Below are positions 9,491 through 16,707 of a stretch of 49,340 nt of DNA, piece by piece. The DNA comes from an uncultured Candidatus Saccharibacteria bacterium (lineage in GTDB: Bacteria; Patescibacteriota; Saccharimonadia; Saccharimonadales; CAYUUR01): assembly GCA_964448075.1 (NCBI GenBank), contig CAYUUR010000005.1:1-49340 (forward strand). Reading direction: 5' to 3'. Made by a program: the position numbers and the translations under genes. The notes under the pieces are model-generated. The model was not told the origin of the DNA and made no database searches. It saw only the letters and a program-made list of their open reading frames with translations. Numbering within the stretch: the stretch's first letter is position 1; each line of letters starts with the position of its first letter.

Positions 9491-10618
9491 TTAGGCTACC
9501 TGCTGCTTACTTAAAGCATAATACTCGATTGCACCCACGGGTTTATCCAGCCCACTGACTGTTGCCACACCACTTGCATTTATTGTGTCTGTAACAATAT
9601 CCGGTATGTAGGTGGTACTTACTTCAGTGCACTCAAATGTAATTAGTAGGTCGGCTCCACGTTTGGCAGCCAGTTTGATACTGAAATCTACTACATCCGC
9701 AGAGTAGCGATTTCCACGCCTAGACTCATCAGAAACTATGCCAGGGAAAATGAATATATTATTTGTAGCGTAGTACTCTTCATACTCTCTTTCAAACGCG
9801 CTCTTATTAAACCAAGGTGCTTTATTTATATCCTGTAAGAAAATCATCAAAGTTGTTATCTCGCCATCAACACGATTTACAACTTTTGCAATGTCTCGAT
9901 CTTTTAGAATATCGATTAATGCTTCCTTGTCAAACCCAGCCAGTGTCGGGTCATTCTCGCCCAATCCTTCAAATGGTTTTTCATAAAATGACCACACATG
10001 TTCAGCTTCATCGCCCTCAATACTAGCCACAAGGGATGGGCCGTTTCTCGCATCTCTCTCGTAGATTTCCTCATCAAGCGCTTGCTCGTATGCCTCAAAC
10101 ATGGTTGGTGCAGTTGACACATTTTGCGCCCCACTATTAATAGCCACATGCCCTACAAAAAAATCTACCCTACTTTCGACGCCATCTTCTCCCCCAAATG
10201 CTTCAACCCTAAACCTTTGATCTAGTTTTGCCTCGCGTACAAGTTCAGCTATTGGACTTGCATTATCGTCACTATACTTTTCAGTAACAACCACTCCACC
10301 GCGCTCTATAACTTCTTCAATCATTGATTTAACAGACTCGTGTGATTCCGCGTCAGCTGTAGGCGGGTGGACATAGCAGTAAATATCCGCATTTTTACCA
10401 TAAGTCCTCTCTAGTAGAGCAGTGTTGTACCATTCAAGTGCCTCAACAGGTACAAGCACTGGGGCACTAACCTCATTTCCGTCCTGGTTTAGATAGTCGT
10501 AGTGTAAGGTTCCTGGGTTTTCTAATGCTCTTTCTAGATCTTCGCCAAAAATGCCGACAACTAGTATTTGATTATTCTCAGCCCTGTAATCGCTGTACTC
10601 GCTCATATTACTCTCCAA
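9491..10618 (-). CDS. Hypothetical acidic cytoplasmic protein
   Basis: 375-aa ORF with no TM segments. It overlaps the upstream membrane-protein ORF by 11 nt. I cannot assign a family with confidence. Confidence 0.5.
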   Translation of the reverse strand: MESNMSEYSDYRAENNQILVVGIFGEDLERALENPGTLHYDYLNQDGNEVSAPVLVPVEALEWYNTALLERTYGKNADIYCYVHPPTADAESHESVKSMIEEVIERGGVVVTEKYSDDNASPIAELVREAKLDQRFRVEAFGGEDGVESRVDFFVGHVAINSGAQNVSTAPTMFEAYEQALDEEIYERDARNGPSLVASIEGDEAEHVWSFYEKPFEGLGENDPTLAGFDKEALIDILKDRDIAKVVNRVDGEITTLMIFLQDINKAPWFNKSAFEREYEEYYATNNIFIFPGIVSDESRRGNRYSADVVDFSIKLAAKRGADLLITFECTEVSTTYIPDIVTDTINASGVATVSGLDKPVGAIEYYALSKQQVA

Positions 10619-11429
10619 CTTGGACTTTTCGCTTAATGTACTTATTATACATGCCCGTCACGCCGGCAAGCAGTAACAATCCACCAACTATTGTCTTTGG
10701 CACACCGAAAGAACCCAGGGCCTCTCCTGTCAAAACCCCTTCAGCCGTAAAGTACACACCCATACAACCTGCTGTCCTTAAGCCAGATACAACATTCTCC
10801 TCCTTGCTCCTTTCAGGATGCACAACTTGCTTTGCTGCTAGTAAAACCGCAGTTCCACCCACCATAGCAATAGCAGCACGTAAAGGTAATGGGATCTCCT
10901 TGTTACTTTCAAAATTCTTACCCGTAATTTTTTCAACACTCTGATGAACTTTCTCAAGAGCCTTTTTAGTACCTTTGCCACTTAAAACATCCGCAGCGAC
11001 AACAGCAGCAAGACCTTCGATAGCAAATGTTGCTAATCCAAATGCAAACGCACTTGCAAGAGTGTTGCCTTGTGTGGCTTGGTAGGTTGCGCCGAAAACA
11101 GCATACCTACTCGCTTCATTACCGAATGATGCTTCAAATGAAAGAAAGCCGGCCTGCAAAGTCCTTTTACTATAGTGAATTGGGTCGTTCTGTAGTGCCA
11201 CTGCCGCATATTGCGCCCGATAGTTTACTGCTTGTGCGTGACCAACAATAAATGAGCCAGCTCTCGCGAGGAAGCCTTTGCTTACTGAATTGTCAGGGTT
11301 GTCCTGGTTAATCTCAACTATTGAGGCATTATTAATATCCAGCTCACTGACACTTTGAGACGGTATTTCTTTAAATGGGTCTAGATTTTCTTGCATAAAT
11401 TTAACCTTGTCGATTGAGTTAAAAAACAC
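10608..11429 (-). CDS. Hypothetical Gly/Ala-rich membrane protein
   Basis: The ORF has several Gly-rich hydrophobic segments. The listed start is GTG. An in-frame ATG at 11394-11396 is an alternative start. Confidence 0.5.
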   Translation of the reverse strand: MFFNSIDKVKFMQENLDPFKEIPSQSVSELDINNASIVEINQDNPDNSVSKGFLARAGSFIVGHAQAVNYRAQYAAVALQNDPIHYSKRTLQAGFLSFEASFGNEASRYAVFGATYQATQGNTLASAFAFGLATFAIEGLAAVVAADVLSGKGTKKALEKVHQSVEKITGKNFESNKEIPLPLRAAIAMVGGTAVLLAAKQVVHPERSKEENVVSGLRTAGCMGVYFTAEGVLTGEALGSFGVPKTIVGGLLLLAGVTGMYNKYIKRKVQVGE

Positions 11430-11531
11430 AGCTCCCTATCATAAGTGATAGCTCGCTGTGTTTTTCGTCTGAAAATGAACTTAGTACGACGTTGGATATA
11501 TTACTATATTAATATGAAGTTGTCAATGTAG

Positions 11532-11560
11532 TTGACATTGGTGTAGTTATTTGGTATAGT
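11532..11560 (+). promoter_or_regulatory. Near-consensus sigma70-type promoter (TTGACA-17-TGgTATAGT) driving a leaderless transcript
   Basis: The -35 TTGACA is at 11532-11537 and the -10 TATAGT at 11555-11560, with an upstream TG. The ATG follows 7 nt after the -10. The inverted repeat TGTCAA-N5-TTGACA (11521-11537) overlaps the -35. Confidence 0.65.
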
Positions 11561-11567
11561 ATATAAC

Positions 11568-11879
11568 ATGTTTAAAGAATTAAGACCTGGCACCCTAAAC
11601 CGAAAGTTTATCGCTATACCTCTGTCCGCGTTTTTTTTATTCAGCGCGCATGATACCCAATCGACAATATCGCCAAATTACGATCAGCAACAGCAAGAGG
11701 ATATCAATACAGATTTGAATAGGGTTTGTACGAATATCTATTTTGACAATCCGGATAGGTGTCAGCAAGCAGAAGACAAAACACACGATATCGGAAGTGA
11801 TCCCATTTCAAACGCACAATCACTGGGAACAATTTGTACGAATATCTATTTTGACAATCCGGATAGGTGTCAGCAGTAA
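11568..11879 (+). CDS. Small secreted protein with two identical Cys-bounded 14-aa repeats (CTNIYFDNPDRCQQ)
   Basis: 103 aa with an N-terminal hydrophobic signal-like segment (FIAIPLSAFFLFSA). The two perfect peptide repeats are encoded by a 43-bp perfect DNA repeat. Confidence 0.6.
   Translation: MFKELRPGTLNRKFIAIPLSAFFLFSAHDTQSTISPNYDQQQQEDINTDLNRVCTNIYFDNPDRCQQAEDKTHDIGSDPISNAQSLGTICTNIYFDNPDRCQQ
11725..11875 (+). repeat. Two perfect 43-bp direct repeats (11725-11767 and 11833-11875), period 108 bp
   Basis: TTTGTACGAATATCTATTTTGACAATCCGGATAGGTGTCAGCA was read twice, in the same reading frame. Confidence 0.95.
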
Positions 11880-11896
11880 AACGTAAATTGACACGT

Positions 11897-13021
11897 TTAC
11901 TCGGACAGGAAGATTTGGCTGGGTATTTGAAAGTCATTGAACGGAGCGCCATAAACAACTGTGTACGCACCAGCTGAGCCAAAATATACCTTGTCTCCAA
12001 TCATAAGTGTCTCTGGCAAAAGTGCGTTATGCGTTATAGTGTCGCAAGAATCGCATGTCGGCCCAGTAAGAACATAGTTCGTTAGTTTGGCGTTTGGTCC
12101 ATCTTTACTGGATGTTACCGGGTATTGAATACTATCTGACTCAAACATTTCGACAAATGCTTGAAACCGCCCAACATCTAGAAATAGCCAATCCTGATCT
12201 CCACGCCTGACTTTACCAATTATTGACGATACAATCACACTACTTTCTGCCACCAAATAGCGTCCAGGCTCGCACCACAGATCAACTTCGTATGGCAGCT
12301 TAGCAACATTTGCACGGATTCTTGCGGCAATATCCTCAATTGAAGGAATCGGCTGACAATGATCTACAGGGAAACCTCCCCCAATGTTTACCACTTTCAT
12401 TTTGATGCCTGCCTTTAGCAACTCCTTCATAAGTTTTACTGTCCGCGAAAAAGCAGAGTCCCAAACTTCAAGACTTTCCGCTTGAGAGCCAACATGGAAA
12501 GCAATTCCTACAGGCTCCAGTCCTTGCTTTCGTGCATAGGTTAAAATTGAGACAGCACTATCAATTGTGGCGCCAAACTTATCGCTTAGTTTTATCAAGC
12601 TACCTTTATTCGATACGTTTATTCGCAAATATACTTTGCTGTGTGGTGCGTATTCGTGTAGCTTATCGACTTCCTCCGTTGAATCAACTGCATAAAATAT
12701 GACTCCCTTATCATAAGCCTGTTTTATATGACTAGGGATTTTTACTGGGTTACTGAAAATTACATCTCTTGGTTCTACATCCAGTTCGGTTAGGCGATCT
12801 AACTCACCGATCGACGCAATCTCGAAACCACAACCTGTAGAATAAAGTCTCTTGAGGATAGGCTTAGCTGGACATGCCTTAACAGCGTAGTAAATCTTTG
12901 TATTGGGCAGGTTAGCCTTTAAGCCATAGAATTGCCGTTGAATATAATCGAGGTCAGTAACCATCAACGGAGTACTTGCAACACTACCCTTCAAGTATCG
13001 TGCATTAAGTCTGCTCGTCAT
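11897..13021 (-). CDS. PLP-dependent ornithine/lysine decarboxylase-like enzyme (alanine-racemase fold, ODC type)
   Basis: YYAVKACPA (PLP lysine), GGGFPV, CEPGRYLVAES and GPTCDSCD motifs. 374 aa. Confidence 0.8.
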   Translation of the reverse strand: MTSRLNARYLKGSVASTPLMVTDLDYIQRQFYGLKANLPNTKIYYAVKACPAKPILKRLYSTGCGFEIASIGELDRLTELDVEPRDVIFSNPVKIPSHIKQAYDKGVIFYAVDSTEEVDKLHEYAPHSKVYLRINVSNKGSLIKLSDKFGATIDSAVSILTYARKQGLEPVGIAFHVGSQAESLEVWDSAFSRTVKLMKELLKAGIKMKVVNIGGGFPVDHCQPIPSIEDIAARIRANVAKLPYEVDLWCEPGRYLVAESSVIVSSIIGKVRRGDQDWLFLDVGRFQAFVEMFESDSIQYPVTSSKDGPNAKLTNYVLTGPTCDSCDTITHNALLPETLMIGDKVYFGSAGAYTVVYGAPFNDFQIPSQIFLSE

Positions 13022-13980
13022 GTCTTGATTGTATCATCATGCCAAACATCTACTGGCCTGACACAATACATGCGCAAAAAGTTGGTAGGCGCTAACGACA
13101 ACTTGATGTTTCTGAGTAATGGAAATCCCGAATCAGCCTCGATGTTTACAAATTTTACCCTCTCTTCTTTGAACCATCTTGCATACATATATATTGAAAT
13201 CTCCATTAAATATGGAAGTTCGTAACTAAAACGAGCATGTGACATTATCTTGTAATCGTCAGCAGGGCTATCTTGTAGAATCAAGAAACTATGTAGCTCT
13301 CCATCCAAATACATGCCCAGTCCGTTAAAGCCAAGATCATTAGCCTTACGAATCGCAATCAACAGACAATCCTCTTCGTGTTTTGCGAAGTTATTCACGC
13401 CCCCCTTTAACTTCCATCTGGAAACAAGCTCAATCAGCTCGTCAGCTTGATAAACCGAGCTCAGATCAAGCGGCGCAACTTTTATTCGCTCATTATTGTA
13501 TTCATCTAGGAATCGCTTTAATTTCCACTGTTTGTGTCTTGGCAACGCATCAATATTGGCTAGTTGACGACAGTCCACAATACACTCATCGTGTTCACGC
13601 TCTGCAGTAAAGCGAAAGAGTTCTGGGTATCGGACTTGGCTAACCACATGTTCCGGGACATGAGTCAGACATTGCTTTTGTCCCTTTGACCGCTGAAAAT
13701 CAAATACGGCGCAAAAAGTCTCATCGACATTATCGTTACCTAAAACCGTCAAGCCTGAATATTCATCATAACCTGGATACCACAAACATATCACCATGTT
13801 ATTCCCGTGCATGGCAATTCTGCACGGCTCAAGCGCACTCCACCAAGTAAGTAAAGTACCGAAGCTTAGAGAAGCAGAAGGCTGAAATCGGCTACAAAAT
13901 TGCTCGTAAAGCTCGCGGTGGGCAAGTGTGAGTTTGGTGAACTCAGGGAAGGTTTTGAAGTGAGAGGCACCTTTTTGCAT
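13018..13980 (-). CDS. DUF2156 / LPG_synthase_C-like protein, paralog of 8589-9488
   Basis: FTKLTLAHRELYEQF...LSFGTLLTWW pattern. Its stop overlaps the decarboxylase start (ATGA at 13018-21). The listed TTG start is at 13992. The first ATG is at 13978-80. Confidence 0.5.
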   Translation of the reverse strand: MQKGASHFKTFPEFTKLTLAHRELYEQFCSRFQPSASLSFGTLLTWWSALEPCRIAMHGNNMVICLWYPGYDEYSGLTVLGNDNVDETFCAVFDFQRSKGQKQCLTHVPEHVVSQVRYPELFRFTAEREHDECIVDCRQLANIDALPRHKQWKLKRFLDEYNNERIKVAPLDLSSVYQADELIELVSRWKLKGGVNNFAKHEEDCLLIAIRKANDLGFNGLGMYLDGELHSFLILQDSPADDYKIMSHARFSYELPYLMEISIYMYARWFKEERVKFVNIEADSGFPLLRNIKLSLAPTNFLRMYCVRPVDVWHDDTIKT

Positions 13981-14079
13981 GATGGGCTCCAATTTGCACT
14001 TATCGTACTATCTTTTGACAGGAATGAAAATTGCTTGTGCTAGACAGTATGTAATAACTGGTGCACAATAAAACTAAAG

Positions 14080-14445
14080 ATGAAACAAAAAGTCGCTGTT
14101 ATCGAAGATGATCTGCCAATCTGTGAGATGTATGAGTTCAAGCTACAAAACTCTGGGTTTGAGGTCAAGACGGCTCACAATGGACAGGATGGCTACAAGC
14201 TAGTAGAAGTCTTCAAGCCAGATCTTATTCTACTGGACCTCAAAATGCCCATCATGACGGGGGACGCCATGCTGCAAAAACTCCGCCAAACTGAGTGGGG
14301 TGCAAACCTGCGCGTTATTATCCTGACAAATATTAGCCGCGACGAAGCACCGCATAGCCTGCGCTTTCTGAACGTTGACCGCTATATCGTCAAAGCACAC
14401 CACACGCCGCAACAGGTAATAGATATCGTCAAAGAACTCATCTAG
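14080..14445 (+). CDS. Stand-alone receiver-domain response regulator (REC only)
   Basis: 121 aa with EDD acidic pocket, LLDLKMP phospho-Asp motif, ILTN and a conserved K (VKA). No output domain. Confidence 0.9.
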   Translation: MKQKVAVIEDDLPICEMYEFKLQNSGFEVKTAHNGQDGYKLVEVFKPDLILLDLKMPIMTGDAMLQKLRQTEWGANLRVIILTNISRDEAPHSLRFLNVDRYIVKAHHTPQQVIDIVKELI

Positions 14446-14542
14446 CAGTACGGCATTGTTTGAACTTTGGAGTACGACTCTCTCATCGTTTTCAGATTCT
14501 CCGAATTTAATCACAAAGCTTAGCAATTGTTCAGAGTTTCAA

Positions 14543-15058
14543 TCACTTAGAAACTACTTTGTTAACCGCACTCCGCAATTTACGGTTGCTCAATGCATAG
14601 ATTGAGGTTAGCAATTCTAAATCACATCCATTCAAATCATTTGATGTTAGATTATTCTTTGGCCTAAAGATTGTGTGACTATACCTCAATATAATGCTTG
14701 TTATCAATGATCTTTTGATAAGCTCTACGTTTACATCGGATGGCTCCGTGATCTCTTCTTTTATGCCTAAAGTATCCGGGTTAATTTCACTGTTGAAGGC
14801 ACAAAACTGTGGTATTTGCTCAAGTGTAGCCTTAGTAGCGACAAACGAAATCTTTCTGCCCTGTGAGTCGTAAAGTTTAAAGCCGGCATCCAAGATTCCT
14901 GTCCCGAAATTATACACGTATTCAATGTTGTCGCTTATCTCATCAACAGAATAACCACCTCTATAACGATCAAGAAGGTAGTAGGGAGACTTTGTGTGTG
15001 AAGCTGCCAAGTTCATCATCTCCAGAATAGCAAACTTCGCATAAATGAGTGTAACCAT
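14543..15058 (-). CDS. Hypothetical protein (orphan immunity-like cassette gene)
   Basis: 171-aa AT-rich ORF with an ATG start, lying between the intact receiver gene and its relic. Confidence 0.4.
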   Translation of the reverse strand: MVTLIYAKFAILEMMNLAASHTKSPYYLLDRYRGGYSVDEISDNIEYVYNFGTGILDAGFKLYDSQGRKISFVATKATLEQIPQFCAFNSEINPDTLGIKEEITEPSDVNVELIKRSLITSIILRYSHTIFRPKNNLTSNDLNGCDLELLTSIYALSNRKLRSAVNKVVSK

Positions 15059-15187
15059 TCTATCGTGCTGATTGTCGCAAATTAAATACTGTCATTATGT
15101 AGATGCTCTCACTCTTATGTATGGTGGTTTATTGGAGAATAGAGTGGCTTTCATTTTTGTGGCTAGAATCTGATAATAGTGAACATT

Positions 15188-15685
15188 CTACTTGTTTAAT
15201 ATTTTGGAGAAAAATCCTCGTTTTTGTTTACGAATGTCGAGTAGTAGCCCTGATTTCAACTGTCTTCGTACAATACCTGGCGGCTGTTGCACATTCCCAG
15301 TTTTAGTTATTTCGAAGTAGTATTTCTCGTCCTGACCAAGGATGAGGCACCCGAAACTAGCGTCAGCGGTTAGCTCTTGTAGAAATGGAAGCCTCGAAAG
15401 TTGCATCCCAATACTAATAAGTTGCTCTTCCGTACAATTACTTTTTTGAGGCATATCAACTTTGATTTTGAGGCTTATTTTACCGTAGTTTGTAGAATCA
15501 TCATAAAATGCCGTTAGTGTGTCGCTTTGATAGTGTAGTGTGACCTCGACCTGTTTCTCGATGTTGCCCTCTCTTACACAATACGTAATTGGCACTTTTG
15601 ACATTGCAATAAGTAATAGGAGACTTTTGTCTAGTTTCAAAATCTGATTAACTTGGTGTTCTAGATTAGTCGACATTGTCTTCAT
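15188..15685 (-). CDS. Hypothetical protein (orphan immunity-like cassette gene)
   Basis: The listed start at 15706 is TTG and abuts the relic. In-frame ATGs occur at 15683-85 and 15674-76. Confidence 0.4.
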   Translation of the reverse strand: MKTMSTNLEHQVNQILKLDKSLLLLIAMSKVPITYCVREGNIEKQVEVTLHYQSDTLTAFYDDSTNYGKISLKIKVDMPQKSNCTEEQLISIGMQLSRLPFLQELTADASFGCLILGQDEKYYFEITKTGNVQQPPGIVRRQLKSGLLLDIRKQKRGFFSKILNK

Positions 15686-15707
15686 TATCTCATAGGAGCC
15701 CGCCAAA

Positions 15708-15761
15708 ATAGCCTACGCTTCCTAAATGTTGACCGCTATATCGTCAAAGAACTCATCTAGC
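15708..15761 (+). pseudogene. Relic 3' end of a REC-only response-regulator gene
   Basis: It aligns to 14354-14446. There are 4 mismatches in 42 nt, all synonymous third positions. A 39-nt in-frame deletion lies between two ATCGTCAAAG copies. The last 12 nt, including the TAG, are identical. Confidence 0.85.
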
Positions 15762-15851
15762 GAGCGTTAACTCATAAAACATCAAGTATCATTTGCTTTC
15801 CTAACGATGCCAAAACCCAGCAGTCGTTAGCCACAGCACTGTTGCAACGAA

Positions 15852-16196
15852 CTACAGTTTGATGACTTTTGATTTTACTTGAGTGTCGGTCGCGGAACCG
15901 AAGCGCAAAGTTACTTGTTTGCTTTTGAACTTTGAGGAACGAACAGAGTGTTCTATTTTTGCCCAGATATGTTCTGCGGAACGGCCGTATATGTACAGAA
16001 TGGCTTCACCCTCGCCAATTTCATGACCATCAAACTCTGCTGTGTCGGCAAGGATGTCCGTAATTGAACTCTCAAGTTTGCGTAGCATATCATGATCATC
16101 CTTATCGCCAAGCTTTCTATCAGACCGAAAAACTACAGATACAATTACAGCCTGTTCATCAGGTAAGTCTTCTTTTGGATGTAAGTCAACCAACAT
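15852..16196 (-). CDS. Hypothetical small acidic protein (immunity-like)
   Basis: 114 aa with an ATG start, second gene downstream of the RHS toxin gene. Confidence 0.45.
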   Translation of the reverse strand: MLVDLHPKEDLPDEQAVIVSVVFRSDRKLGDKDDHDMLRKLESSITDILADTAEFDGHEIGEGEAILYIYGRSAEHIWAKIEHSVRSSKFKSKQVTLRFGSATDTQVKSKVIKL

Positions 16197-16259
16197 ATCT
16201 CTAACTACTCCCAGTACGATCGATCTGATTCATCGAGTCATAGGCTCCATATTAAAAGT

Positions 16260-16703
16260 TCACTCTATGGACGTGCGATGTGACGAATATGGCTCAAAAT
16301 GCCGTACTTTGACAAGTGAACTTTTCCGCTTTAATAGCGCATTAATATTAAACTTCTCTTCACCTACTTCTACTTTGTATGAGGTATGATGTTTGTCATA
16401 TTCGCGAATTGTTATTTTTCCAGCGACGACATCATGAATTAGTTTTCTGAGACTTGGGGCGAGTCGCTCCGGGTGTTTTGGATTTTGGAATACTTCGATG
16501 GTGTACGTATCGTCAAAGAGAACCAAGGCTGTCCAAGGCTCAACATCAATTACAATCTTACATGCCTCTCTGTTAAAAAGAGGGCTTATTTCAAGCCTTC
16601 CATCCATAAACCTAACTCGCGCCTTGTGTGTAAGGTCCTTTTTTAGCTCCATACATAACTCATTGAACGCTTGTGTTGTAAGGCTGTTGTCATTTTTCTT
16701 CAT
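16260..16703 (-). CDS. Candidate cognate immunity protein of the RHS toxin
   Basis: The ATG at 16701-03 lies 4 nt after the RHS stop (GGAAGGTAGTAGGATG). 147 aa from this ATG. No recognisable family. Confidence 0.5.
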   Translation of the reverse strand: MKKNDNSLTTQAFNELCMELKKDLTHKARVRFMDGRLEISPLFNREACKIVIDVEPWTALVLFDDTYTIEVFQNPKHPERLAPSLRKLIHDVVAGKITIREYDKHHTSYKVEVGEEKFNINALLKRKSSLVKVRHFEPYSSHRTSIE

Positions 16704-16707
16704 CCTA

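Noticed and set aside
11704-12000. 98-aa minus-strand ORF covering the 43-bp repeats
   Set aside because: It lies antisense to the promoter-supported repeat-peptide gene and overlaps the 3' end of the decarboxylase gene out of frame.
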